From IMG/VR virus record IMGVR_UViG_3300022591_000022, positions 1 to 41,804 of that record: a stretch of DNA of 41,804 bases; one strand, written 5' to 3'. Positions 1-9,964 of this stretch are shown here, piece after piece. How positions within the stretch are numbered: the first letter of the stretch is position 1; each line of letters begins with the position of its first letter. A program made the position numbers and the translations under genes. Under the pieces are notes generated by a model. That model saw nothing but the letters and a program-made list of their open reading frames with translations. It did no database searches and was not told the DNA's origin. This DNA comes from a virus (lineage: Duplodnaviria > Caudoviricetes).

Positions 1-163
1 ATTAAAAACTCAAGTCGAGTATGTTGACCAACATCACGAACAAATCTTTATCACTGGCAAAATGCCCAGTGAAACTGACCAGCTACGATCTGCCATCGGA
101 ATGTATAGAACTACATTAGATGAAAAGATCGCAGACTGGAAACGTAGTCAAATCCCTCTTTAA
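1..163 (+). CDS. 3' end of a hypothetical protein, truncated by the window start and convergent with the 1957-aa gene
   Basis: Frame 2 is open from base 2 (LKTQVEYVDQHHEQIFITGK...DEKIADWKRSQIPL) to TAA at 161-163, which overlaps the minus-strand stop at 160-162. Confidence 0.6.
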   Translation, partial: LKTQVEYVDQHHEQIFITGKMPSETDQLRSAIGMYRTTLDEKIADWKRSQIPL

Positions 164-3100
164 GCCTGCGCCTCTGACCAACGTAAAATAATATTAGCGT
201 TGGTTGATGTTCCCGCAACCTTATACACGTTGATAGCTAACACGTCTGGACCGTTTGGATAAGTTCCTCGTCCACCGATTGATGTTGATGTCAATTCTTT
301 CAACTGACTCAAATCTAACTGTGTTTGGTCACCTGCATTACAGATAAACGAGAATACTTGTTCACCTGGTAGTGCATACGGAGGTTGACCAAATACAAAC
401 GTTATGTTAGTATCACCGGCAATTGTTGCCACTGAGTTTTGTGTAAAGTATACTAGGTATTCTAAACCACTGTTACCTGCAACGTATTCTGCAGGTCCAG
501 TAACTGACGACACACGAGTACCAGCTGGGAATTTAGTTGGGTCTTGAACCTCAGTACCAACTTTAGCCTGAGATGCTTCCCATGACGCTTGTTTGATATA
601 CAAGAAGTTGGTTTTAACTTGTGAGTTAGTACTTGCAGTTGAAACGGTTTTAGTTGTTTGTTGCGCACCGCTTGACCAGTTTACGTTACCACCTGGAGCA
701 ATTTGTGCAAAGCTAGGTTGACCGCCTTGTGACACACCGTTCAAACCAATCCACTGAACTGTACTTGGATCTGATGGATAGTTTTGTGGGTTTAACACTC
801 CTTCAACAACCAGTCCTCCAATTGCACCGCCTGATAGTGCATCAGCAGTAATAACAATTTCTTGTAACAACAACTGCGCTCTGTTTAACAATTCTCTATC
901 ACCTAAGTCTCCAACAATAGCGTTAGAAACTGATGGTGCTAGTCGAATCAAGAACGCCGTTGTCTTTGTTGTTGATACAGAAATGTTAGTAGATGAATAG
1001 TTAAACAAATAACCGCGGTCATCATCGAATCTACCGTCGGTTAGAATAGCACTACCCCAGTGGCTAATTGCCGGACTAATAGTACAACTAATCAAGACAA
1101 AACCAGTTCCTGCTGTATGTGAACTTGCTACACCAGCAGAGTATGTTCTATTAGAACCTGCGGCAAAGTTACTAAATGTTGTTCCCCTTGATAATCCTAA
1201 AAGCTGATTTGAATTCTTACTTGTGTAGGTAATCAATTCGTTGTCAATATAAATTGTGCCAGCACTTGGGAAATAACTAGTATCACCAACAGTCATAGTA
1301 GTATCCGAACTGCCCATTGCTGTTCTTAGATAAGTTCTTGCAGATACATTTTCAACTTCGTAACGAACGGGCAAGTTAGCTGAACGCATATACGCTTCGG
1401 TGTTGATGTTACTGTTACGAATTCTATGTAAGAATACAAACTTACCATCTGCACCCCTCAACATAAATTCAATAAAACCAGCCGCATACCAAGAATATTG
1501 AATACCGATCATCTGCATCTTGCCTGGATTGATATTGTATCCGCTTGGTCCGGTTCCATCACCGTTGTCCATATTCCACTGTCCTTGCGGAACCAGTGTG
1601 TCAATAGTTAAACATAATTTAGCGCCAACTGCCGCAGAGTTACCACGGTAGTCAGGAGAAAATGTAGCAGTGGTTTGATCACTAATACTAGTTATAGTAT
1701 GACTCATTCCGCGCAACACCACACGATCTCCAACTTTCATTTGATCTTGGAAACGTGTAAGTGTTCCAGTAATACTATTAGAGTTTGGCTGAACCGTAAC
1801 TATGCCCGCTAATTGGAACGTACTAGAGCGTTTGCCCAATGATAATGTTTGTCCATCATATTGATAGAAAATACCGTTTTGATCATCAAAAGGTCCTGAA
1901 CGAATTGTAGCACCGTGCCATCCTTTAACTGTTACTTTAGCATCTGGACCAAGGGTACCTGTTGTGGCATTTAACGGTATTGCTGTGCGAACACGGAATG
2001 TTCTTGAGTCACGAACACTTTCTACTGTGTATGTATTGTTGTATTCAAAGGAATTCATACCAGTAATTTCAATAATACCACCTGGCTGTAAACCGTGATC
2101 GGTATCATCTGTGACAAATGTTATTAAACTGTTTACAGTTTTACCACTAGCTGTTGCAGACGACAAGTTGTAACTTGGAGCAAATAGAGCACCAGTAGTA
2201 TACATAATACCTTTACCAGATTGGTAACGAATATACTTTTTACTTTGACGAACTGCCTGCGCACCGTGTTGTGGTCCACCTGTGCCTAGTTGTACACCGC
2301 CGTCAAACGGACGATGTTGGAAGAACGCATCTGGTCTTGAATAAATTGAGCCGGCTAATGATGTGCCTGATGTATCAATAGTTCCTGTTGTTCTAGCTGG
2401 GAAGCGAATTGTTAGGAAGTCAGGAACCTGGCTAACAATAAACGGTCCGCTTGCTAAACTATGGTTAGCAGATGCCAATGCAATGCTAAGTCCATTTGTA
2501 GAATTTCCTGTAAGTGCAAAAATACCAACACCACTATAGTTGCCGTATGCTATGCCGCCCCAGCTTGCCGCAGTTGCTAGTGTTCTTGGGGTCCATGAAC
2601 CAGTAGCACCAGTGAATGAAGTAAGCGCAGAACTTGTACTTGTAGCAACTACCACAAAGTTATCATCACCAAATGTTACCGCATTCCAAGTAGTAGACGA
2701 AGGTAATGTTGAACTGATCCAGGTCGTACCGTCGGTGGAATAAGCCGCTGTTGCAGAACCGCTGGCAATTGCTAAGAATCTACTGTTACCGTAGGTAATA
2801 GCACTCCATGTAGCTGATGCCGGCAATACACCTGTTGCTTGCCATGTTGCACCGCCGTCATATGAATAGTTAGCCACTGTTCCGCCAGATGCAATAGCAA
2901 CATAATAGGCCAATGTACCAATTAGACCGCCTGTAATGCTTGTCCAAGTTGTTGATGCTGTTGTTGTTCCGCCTGCTGTCCATGATGTTCCATTTGACGA
3001 TACCGCGGTATTTTGCGATCCAGATTGAATGGCAATAAATTTACCGTTATAGAAACACACACTGGTCCAGTTACCAGATTGTGGCAACGACATCGATGTC

Positions 3101-6033
3101 CATGACTGGCCGTTATTTGTAGAATATGCACCAGTTTGTGTACCTGTAGCAACTGCTACAAAGTACGTTGTTGAACTGATAACTCCGGCAGCAACACTGG
3201 ACCATGCTACAGAACCAGGAAGTGTTCCGCCTGATTGCCATGCAGTACCGTTGATCGAAAACGCAGATGTTGTTGAATTTGCCAATAGTGCTACAAATTT
3301 TCCACCGGAAAATGCAATGCCTGTCCAAGTTCCAGATGTTGGTAATGCTCGTTGAGCTGAACTAAATGCTGGTGTTGGTAGCGATGTTATACTTGATAGG
3401 ATCGAAGCTCCTGGTACTAGGCCATGGTTCGATGGAAACGAAACTTGAATGGTTGCAATGGCTCCAACGTTCAGTACTGTTCCGGATGAAATAATATCAA
3501 TAGTTGCATCACTAAGTGTAATCGTTGGATACACTGTAATTGGATCACCAATAATTGTAGTACCCGACGCAGATGCAGATGTCACTCCGCCATTTGTGTC
3601 AACTCCTGTAACTGTAAGGAGCACGTTATTCAATGGAGCGGCACCACCAACTAGATTACCTGTTACTAAAATGCTGTTGCCTAATCTATAACTTATACCT
3701 GGGCTGTATATAGTTGCTGAATATACTCCAGAAGTTCTTGTAATGTTAAAATATGCGCCTGCTCCTGTAGGAGTAACGTTAGTTCCTGCAATACCTGCAT
3801 ATGTAGCATTTCCGTTCACACCTGCACCAAGAGTAACTGCCCAATCAATAACTGAGCCGTTACTGTCAACGCTTTGTATTTGAATAACAATGTTGTTTGT
3901 AGGTGCAGTTCCACCAAATGATGTTCCAGCAAATACTACATCATCGCCTGGTTGATATCCAATACCGCCTTGAACAAACGATACAGTATACACTCCAGTA
4001 CCGCCCTTACGAGCTACATTGATAGCAAATCCAGAGCCGCCACCAGTTGTTGATGTTTGTGTAACTGTATTATATGTTGCACTTCCATCGGAACCTACAC
4101 CAGCACTAGTGAATGTTAAAATTGAACCACCACTGTCAATACTTGCAACAGTGATCACTAGATCGTTTGCAGGTGTTACTCCACCTAATGCTGTACCGAG
4201 AATTAAAATTTGATCGCCTACTGCATAGTTTTGTCCGTTTGACGAGCTGTCAATGCGTCCAGTAACTGAATATGTACCACCTGCTCTAGCAATATTGAAT
4301 CGAGCATTTACACCCTTTGGCTGAACGTTTGACCCTGCCACATTAGTACTGACGCCATCTGCACCCAATAACAATGTGTTAAATGCTCCGTCTAAATTAC
4401 AGCGATTTCCTTGTATGGAAGTAATGATTCTTGAGGTCGAACTACCTGCATCAACAGCCATACCAGGCTGTACACCAGTTAGATCAACAATATCAATGTA
4501 TGTTTGCCCTAGAGTCACTGTTGTTTTTACTCTTGCCGCTACTGTGGCTGAACCTACTACACCACTAATAGAAGTTCCTGGATATATGCCAGGGGAACCG
4601 GAAACTGGAGAACCAACTGTTGGCGCACTCCCAGAATATGGTAGGTTTGTTTCGCCCGATGGTGTGTTAAATGTTGTTAAAATAGTTCCGTTGCCGCCGT
4701 TACTGTACACTGAAAATGTTGGGGTTCCGATTGATGCGCCAGTGTAAAAACCAGCTTGACGCAGTTGAACATATGACGTATATAAATTATCGCCGTTGAA
4801 TACTCCAACTTTGCTAGACGCATAGTAGGTAAATGTGTATGGAGTTGGTACAGAATAGATCAAATAAGAACCTTCTGCACGACTAAATCCAGTAGTTCCC
4901 GAACTTAGCCCACGAATAGTAATCGGTGTTCCAACTGAAAATCCGTGTGTTCCTGAAGTAGTTACAGTGATCAATGAAGATCCAAAGCCGCCAGAGTTGC
5001 TAGAAGCATCTGTACTAACTGCGATAACTGCTTGGTCAGTTCCTGGAATTTCATAAAGTGATGGATAGCTACGTTGTAGAGCAAGTGCTTGCCACTTGGT
5101 TGGCTGTAGTCCGTATTCGAAGTCTGCGTCAAGCATGGCCTGTGGGGCGGCAACACGCATACGTTCAATAGCATCTGTACCAAATTCCCAAGGACGGATC
5201 TGTTGACTTGGTTCTTCAACAAACACCTGAATTGCAGAACCTACATTTAAATTTGTAGTGTCTTGCGAAAAGAGAATAGTTGTAATAGTGTCAGTGGTGT
5301 TATACCATGCACGGAAATCAACGTCACTTAGAGGTTTTCCATTTCCACTACTGTTACCAGATTTGTAACTTAGACTAATTGTATTAGAAGGATCAGAGAA
5401 GTTATAAAGGATCTTTCCAGAATTTGCATCAGTGATCAATAACAATTCGCTAGTGTCATAGTTTCCTAATAAACGAATACTGCTAACACCTGTTTGTTTT
5501 GCAGGCATTGCTCTCAACCCTTGTTGAATAACATTGCCTAATATTGTCCATTCGGAAGTAACCTTAGATGATGCTCCAGTTTCAGACGGTGCACCTGGAA
5601 ATTTTACCTGTTGAATAGCAGTTTGACCGTATGTTTGAGTTACTGTAGTATTTGTAAAAATAAAATTATTGATCAAATCTCTCATGTACTGCTGAGCAGT
5701 AACTTCCGGAACAGCACCGTTACGGATTTGTGGCATCCCATCGATCCAGAAATAGTCAGCAATCATACGAATTTTTACGTTTCCACCGTAACGTAAATCG
5801 TGAATAATAGCATCTAGGTAGTAGCCAACATCTCGTTGACATTTTTCAGGAGCATATGTATAGTTGACATACGGAGCAACGTTATTAGCAATATTATAAT
5901 TGATAAACGCAATTTCTTGCGCAATAATAAATGCTTTGTTAGCTGTTAGTAATGCAACTGCGTTTGGAAACAGGTTAGCATCTTTACTAATACCTGGTTC
6001 AAATATATAATTCTTTATCTGTTTCTTTGCCAT
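160..6033 (-). CDS. Giant multidomain virion/tail-fibre protein (1957 aa)
   Basis: Gly/Ser/Thr-rich. N-terminal MAKKQIKNYIFEP...LLLITD...ILYNFSDP domain with an inserted phycobiliprotein-like segment (KCQRDVGYYL). Three GxGAxFNIxRxGGxY...GDxIxxxGTxLGGxxPxND repeats, W-x-x-I-A-Y-G-x-G-x-F-V-A beta-propeller blades and TxxxHG(L/F)xxG beta-barrel modules. Sits in the structural gene cluster. Confidence 0.75.
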   Translation of the reverse strand: MAKKQIKNYIFEPGISKDANLFPNAVALLTANKAFIIAQEIAFINYNIANNVAPYVNYTYAPEKCQRDVGYYLDAIIHDLRYGGNVKIRMIADYFWIDGMPQIRNGAVPEVTAQQYMRDLINNFIFTNTTVTQTYGQTAIQQVKFPGAPSETGASSKVTSEWTILGNVIQQGLRAMPAKQTGVSSIRLLGNYDTSELLLITDANSGKILYNFSDPSNTISLSYKSGNSSGNGKPLSDVDFRAWYNTTDTITTILFSQDTTNLNVGSAIQVFVEEPSQQIRPWEFGTDAIERMRVAAPQAMLDADFEYGLQPTKWQALALQRSYPSLYEIPGTDQAVIAVSTDASSNSGGFGSSLITVTTSGTHGFSVGTPITIRGLSSGTTGFSRAEGSYLIYSVPTPYTFTYYASSKVGVFNGDNLYTSYVQLRQAGFYTGASIGTPTFSVYSNGGNGTILTTFNTPSGETNLPYSGSAPTVGSPVSGSPGIYPGTSISGVVGSATVAARVKTTVTLGQTYIDIVDLTGVQPGMAVDAGSSTSRIITSIQGNRCNLDGAFNTLLLGADGVSTNVAGSNVQPKGVNARFNIARAGGTYSVTGRIDSSSNGQNYAVGDQILILGTALGGVTPANDLVITVASIDSGGSILTFTSAGVGSDGSATYNTVTQTSTTGGGSGFAINVARKGGTGVYTVSFVQGGIGYQPGDDVVFAGTSFGGTAPTNNIVIQIQSVDSNGSVIDWAVTLGAGVNGNATYAGIAGTNVTPTGAGAYFNITRTSGVYSATIYSPGISYRLGNSILVTGNLVGGAAPLNNVLLTVTGVDTNGGVTSASASGTTIIGDPITVYPTITLSDATIDIISSGTVLNVGAIATIQVSFPSNHGLVPGASILSSITSLPTPAFSSAQRALPTSGTWTGIAFSGGKFVALLANSTTSAFSINGTAWQSGGTLPGSVAWSSVAAGVISSTTYFVAVATGTQTGAYSTNNGQSWTSMSLPQSGNWTSVCFYNGKFIAIQSGSQNTAVSSNGTSWTAGGTTTASTTWTSITGGLIGTLAYYVAIASGGTVANYSYDGGATWQATGVLPASATWSAITYGNSRFLAIASGSATAAYSTDGTTWISSTLPSSTTWNAVTFGDDNFVVVATSTSSALTSFTGATGSWTPRTLATAASWGGIAYGNYSGVGIFALTGNSTNGLSIALASANHSLASGPFIVSQVPDFLTIRFPARTTGTIDTSGTSLAGSIYSRPDAFFQHRPFDGGVQLGTGGPQHGAQAVRQSKKYIRYQSGKGIMYTTGALFAPSYNLSSATASGKTVNSLITFVTDDTDHGLQPGGIIEITGMNSFEYNNTYTVESVRDSRTFRVRTAIPLNATTGTLGPDAKVTVKGWHGATIRSGPFDDQNGIFYQYDGQTLSLGKRSSTFQLAGIVTVQPNSNSITGTLTRFQDQMKVGDRVVLRGMSHTITSISDQTTATFSPDYRGNSAAVGAKLCLTIDTLVPQGQWNMDNGDGTGPSGYNINPGKMQMIGIQYSWYAAGFIEFMLRGADGKFVFLHRIRNSNINTEAYMRSANLPVRYEVENVSARTYLRTAMGSSDTTMTVGDTSYFPSAGTIYIDNELITYTSKNSNQLLGLSRGTTFSNFAAGSNRTYSAGVASSHTAGTGFVLISCTISPAISHWGSAILTDGRFDDDRGYLFNYSSTNISVSTTKTTAFLIRLAPSVSNAIVGDLGDRELLNRAQLLLQEIVITADALSGGAIGGLVVEGVLNPQNYPSDPSTVQWIGLNGVSQGGQPSFAQIAPGGNVNWSSGAQQTTKTVSTASTNSQVKTNFLYIKQASWEASQAKVGTEVQDPTKFPAGTRVSSVTGPAEYVAGNSGLEYLVYFTQNSVATIAGDTNITFVFGQPPYALPGEQVFSFICNAGDQTQLDLSQLKELTSTSIGGRGTYPNGPDVLAINVYKVAGTSTNANIILRWSEAQA

Positions 6034-6042
6034 TTTTTTTCC

Positions 6043-6621
6043 TTATGCTCCAAATGCAATTGCAAATGCGGCAACTCGCGCATCTACATAATCTTTACGT
6101 GTTGCGTGGGTTTTTTGTGTTGGTTGATTCGTGATATTTAAGTTACCGGTAATTGTACCTGCACCAATAACGTTTAGAAATCCTTGTACACTAAGTTCAC
6201 CAGAACTGCCGCCTGGTCCTACGTTTAGTGATTTGAAGTTGCCGTCTGCTGGGACTTTTAATCCAATATCGATATTGTCAATTGCACCAACTCCATATGC
6301 ACTGAATATTTTAACGTTTCCGTTGACAATATTAAAGTAGGGCGTTGATCCTTGATTGACAATTAGGTCGCCGTCGATGTTTAAAAACTCTAGAGTACCT
6401 AATCGTGAAAGATTACTATAACGAATAGCACTTCCAAGTGCTACTGTAGAATCTGTGTTATCTAAAAGTTGGATACCGTTGATTGAAAATATACCTGTGG
6501 TGTTAAAACTACCACCTGTGGTAAGTGCCCCATCGATTTTAAGGTTGCCGTTTTGGTCAACTAAAAAACCTGGGCTTCTGAAGCCGCTTTTCGACTCAAA
6601 AGGAACATATGATATTGGCAT
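6043..6621 (-). CDS. Short fibre-like virion protein (192 aa)
   Basis: Fibre-shaft-like Gly/Asn repeats, PTQKTHATRKDYVD motif typical of phage fibres, C-terminal AAFAIAFGA; GGAG Shine-Dalgarno. Confidence 0.65.
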   Translation of the reverse strand: MPISYVPFESKSGFRSPGFLVDQNGNLKIDGALTTGGSFNTTGIFSINGIQLLDNTDSTVALGSAIRYSNLSRLGTLEFLNIDGDLIVNQGSTPYFNIVNGNVKIFSAYGVGAIDNIDIGLKVPADGNFKSLNVGPGGSSGELSVQGFLNVIGAGTITGNLNITNQPTQKTHATRKDYVDARVAAFAIAFGA

Positions 6622-6669
6622 TAGGATCTCCGTTATTCAACCAACTACAACTACTACAAAGACTATTTG

Positions 6670-6676
6670 TATTTAG
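6670..6676 (-). promoter_or_regulatory. T4-like late promoter (CTAAATA)
   Basis: TAAATA core in the intergenic gap upstream of 6621; same core recurs at 8 intergenic sites. Confidence 0.6.
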
Positions 6677-6687
6677 CCCCGGAGACT

Positions 6688-7131
6688 TTAGACTAATGTT
6701 TTGGTAAGATCGTTGATTGTGTGGTAATACGTGGCGCTGTAAATTAGTTTACTGCCCATTAAAAGACTAGAATTATCGTAAGTTGATCCATCTGGACTAG
6801 AAGTAGGATGTGCTATCAACTGTAATTTAGAAGCTGTAATTGTAGCTGTTAAATCTATTAGATTTTCACCAAAGTTTGTGCGACCGTATATTGTTAGATT
6901 TGCATATTCGGGTCCAGCAACTACCAAACACTTGATAATTTCTTTACGATGATTTCCCACGTCAACTACAATGGTATATTCGGCTGCCATAAATTCGCCT
7001 ACATACCATTCGTCTACAACTGAATTTGATGTAACATGCGTCCAAGGTCCGGCATAGGCAAAATTTATGCCATTCTGAACTCTTAGAGTTTTTTTGAAAC
7101 CAGGTAAGAAGTATTTTGCAAAGTTTAACAT
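6688..7131 (-). CDS. Virion structural protein, single beta-domain (147 aa)
   Basis: VVDEW...AAEYTIVV...LVV...YG...LIAHP pattern resembles a domain common in T4-like phage structural proteins. Confidence 0.55.
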   Translation of the reverse strand: MLNFAKYFLPGFKKTLRVQNGINFAYAGPWTHVTSNSVVDEWYVGEFMAAEYTIVVDVGNHRKEIIKCLVVAGPEYANLTIYGRTNFGENLIDLTATITASKLQLIAHPTSSPDGSTYDNSSLLMGSKLIYSATYYHTINDLTKTLV

Positions 7132-7174
7132 AGGCTGTCCAATATTAGTATATTTATCAGCGACAGCCTATGTT
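7127..7174. repeat. Perfect 13-bp inverted repeat covering the start codon, with a late promoter in the loop
   Basis: AACATAGGCTGTC (7127-7139) / GACAGCCTATGTT (7162-7174), 22-nt loop containing tatttat. Confidence 0.85.
7151..7157 (-). promoter_or_regulatory. T4-like late promoter (ATAAATA)
   Basis: ATAAATA about 20 nt upstream of the ATG at 7131. Confidence 0.7.
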
Positions 7175-7185
7175 GATCACATTGC

Positions 7186-9018
7186 TTACTTGTTAGCGAC
7201 TGTAATAAGTTTGCCAAATTCTGGCAAATATAAGTACTCAATATCGCTTTGCTGTAGTGTCCAAATAGCATCATCGATTGTTTCTACCAATGGCTCACCA
7301 CCTAAATTAAAGCTAGTGTTAAACAAGATAGGAACTCCTGTTTCTTCTTTAAAGGCTTTGATCAAATCATAGTAATGTTGATTCTGTTCTGCTGTAACTG
7401 TTTGGATACGGCAAGTATGATCTTCGTGGATGATACTAGGAATCTTTTCTTCAACTCCAGGTTGGCAGTTTACAGCATACATCATAAACGGGCTGTTTTT
7501 CATACCACGCAAATCAAACCACTCGTGAACATCTTCTTCAAGGATCGAACCAGCAAACGGACGGAAGTATTCACGATGTTTAACCATGTTTACATAGTCT
7601 TTACCATCTTCGAATGTTGGATCAAATAATACAGAACGATTACCCAGAGCACGTGGACCGTTTTCTGAACGTCCTTGGAAAATTGTAACAATATTTTTTC
7701 CGCGTAGCAATTTAACAATGTCTTTGTGTGTAGCATCTGTAATTTCTGCGCCGGCAGCTTCAACTTTCTCAGTAATTTCTTCAACTGTGTAGTCGTACTT
7801 TGGACCATAATACAATGTGTTGTAATCACGAATTGTATCATCATCTTGCATACCATGCCAGAACAACAATGCGGCGCCCATAGCTGTACCTGCATCATTT
7901 GAAATAGGTTCAACATATAATTCAATACCATCTTCTTTTAGTTTGTCAAGATAGTAGTAGTTAGCAACACAGTTTAAACCGTAACCGCCTGACAACACAA
8001 CACGCTTCTTGCCACTCTTTTCACAGGCCAATCTAATTAGATTTAATACCTGTTCTTGTGTTTGTGTTTGTACAGCATATGCCATGTCACGACGGTTTTC
8101 CATATAGGTAACATCTTCGTCCATGCTTTCTGGTTGTTCGTCTAAGAAGTCAAACAAATTAGCATTTACAGTAGAACTCATTGGATAACGAGGAACCATC
8201 AAGTTTCTGTTTGACATTGGGATTTTAGAGTTTGTTTCAAACAACTTTGGAATAGCAGGATTTTCTTTACCGTATGGGAATAATCCCATAGTCTTTCCTG
8301 CTTCGATTGCTGAGAAACCGCAATATTCTGTAACACCTTCGTATGTTTTAACGATACCAGCACGATCACTTACCCATGCTTCGTGTGTTTCGCCATCTTC
8401 GCCAAACGGTGAAGAATCAAAATCTGGCATGTGTGCGCCAGCAATAGCATCTTTAGCACCGTAGTGCTTGTAAAGAGTTTTTAGATCTGCTGGATATTGA
8501 CAATCAACAATAGATTCTACTTCCCACAACCAAATTTGACTGCCGTTATAGCTCATTGGGTAGAATGTACCTGCGCCGTCAACGATTAGAGATACTGCAT
8601 CTTTAAATCCTGAACGATAAAACGCACAAGCCGCATGCAATTTGTGATGCATAAAAGAAAAATCAATAACTTGCGGATGTTTGTGTGTATCAACACCCTT
8701 GCGAGCAATCAATCCTAGCTTACGTGCTAGTCCTGTGTATACATCGTCACCGCTATAATCAATCTTGCCAGCGGTTTGATCTAATGGTTGGGTATGTGCA
8801 ACTACCAAATAGTCTAGTCTATCTGTATACTCTAAAATTTTAACCATAGAAGCAAACGGACCGCCATCGTATTTTTGACGGCTTAAACGTTCTTCTTCGA
8901 TAGAGAAAACAATTTCTCCATCTTTTAACAAACAAATACCTGCGTTATGTCCACGGGCAATAGCCGCGATCCAAACTGGTCTTGGTGCTTTACTCTTTGA
9001 AATTGATGTGACTGTCAT
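7186..9018 (-). CDS. O-carbamoyltransferase, NodU/CmcH/TobZ family (610 aa)
   Basis: EEERLSRQK, HHKLHAACAF, VDGAG, GKTMGLFPYG, LSGGYGLNCVAN, DAGTAMGAA, GRSENGPRALGNRS, KHREYFRPFA and NTSFNLGGEP motifs; both Kae1-like and YrdC-like domains appear present. Confidence 0.95.
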   Translation of the reverse strand: MTVTSISKSKAPRPVWIAAIARGHNAGICLLKDGEIVFSIEEERLSRQKYDGGPFASMVKILEYTDRLDYLVVAHTQPLDQTAGKIDYSGDDVYTGLARKLGLIARKGVDTHKHPQVIDFSFMHHKLHAACAFYRSGFKDAVSLIVDGAGTFYPMSYNGSQIWLWEVESIVDCQYPADLKTLYKHYGAKDAIAGAHMPDFDSSPFGEDGETHEAWVSDRAGIVKTYEGVTEYCGFSAIEAGKTMGLFPYGKENPAIPKLFETNSKIPMSNRNLMVPRYPMSSTVNANLFDFLDEQPESMDEDVTYMENRRDMAYAVQTQTQEQVLNLIRLACEKSGKKRVVLSGGYGLNCVANYYYLDKLKEDGIELYVEPISNDAGTAMGAALLFWHGMQDDDTIRDYNTLYYGPKYDYTVEEITEKVEAAGAEITDATHKDIVKLLRGKNIVTIFQGRSENGPRALGNRSVLFDPTFEDGKDYVNMVKHREYFRPFAGSILEEDVHEWFDLRGMKNSPFMMYAVNCQPGVEEKIPSIIHEDHTCRIQTVTAEQNQHYYDLIKAFKEETGVPILFNTSFNLGGEPLVETIDDAIWTLQQSDIEYLYLPEFGKLITVANK

Positions 9019-9954
9019 TTAATCTTTTTTCCCTATTACATGGTTTACAACTAGTGAAATTATGTCATCGTTCATGGTCATAATATTCTCGTTTAATCTA
9101 TCTACACGTTCATCTGGCAAAATCCTAATTGGACTGTACTGGCGGTGAACTTCTCCCATATCAAGGATGTCAAACTCTGGACAACCAGGATATGATACAT
9201 TTATTGGGAATGTAGAACCCATTACTACCGATGCGTTTTGTTTCATTGCATATGCAAGATGTTGCCCTAAACTATCGCATCCTAAAAAGTAATCTGCAAA
9301 TTTAATTATGCTTGCCCACACTCGAGTACTGACGTTTTCTGGCATTGCTACCTCATCAATAAGTTTAGCATCAGCAAAATCTACTTTAAACTCGCTCATT
9401 AAAATTACAGCATAGCCTTCTTTTTGTAATTTTTTAACAATTGATTTTACATCTTTAAGTTCGAAGCTACGAGCAGTACGATCAATCAGTGTTTCATCAA
9501 TGTATTCAATACCTCTGCCAAATGGTTGGAACACAATTGTTTTTTCTTTTTTCAGTTTCTTTTTAACTTCGCCGATCATTTGACGACCTTGCAATAGTTC
9601 TTCTTTAGACAATCGCAATGTAGGACGAGGAAGTTCTCTAATGCCTTTGTTATTGATCTGAATATCAAATGCTTGAGCAATTGAGCACTCTTGATTATAG
9701 TATTCCCATAATCTATATGGCTCGGTAGTGATAATATCACGCCCTTTTAGTTCATTTTTAAATAAACCTTTGTGCCAAATATCAAAGGTTCGGTCATCTA
9801 ATGTTGGATGCCCTTTGAAAATATCAGTTCCGCCTTCGCAGACAATAATAAAATCCTTGTCTCCGGATTCTTCTTCATATTTTTCAAATGCCGGAATGGA
9901 CGCTATCATACGGCCGGCACCACCGTTGACAAAGAATGCTTTAGATCTGCTCAT
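9019..9954 (-). CDS. GT-B glycosyltransferase, GT9 (heptosyltransferase)-like (311 aa)
   Basis: N-terminal GGAGRMIASIPAFE (cf. GIGDxxxxxPAL), FQPFG, and C-terminal ADYFLGCDSLGQHLAYAM...VVMGST (cf. DSGxxHLAAA...LFGxT); TAAATG coupling to the carbamoyltransferase. Confidence 0.75.
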   Translation of the reverse strand: MSRSKAFFVNGGAGRMIASIPAFEKYEEESGDKDFIIVCEGGTDIFKGHPTLDDRTFDIWHKGLFKNELKGRDIITTEPYRLWEYYNQECSIAQAFDIQINNKGIRELPRPTLRLSKEELLQGRQMIGEVKKKLKKEKTIVFQPFGRGIEYIDETLIDRTARSFELKDVKSIVKKLQKEGYAVILMSEFKVDFADAKLIDEVAMPENVSTRVWASIIKFADYFLGCDSLGQHLAYAMKQNASVVMGSTFPINVSYPGCPEFDILDMGEVHRQYSPIRILPDERVDRLNENIMTMNDDIISLVVNHVIGKKD

Positions 9955-9964
9955 TTAAACTCCA

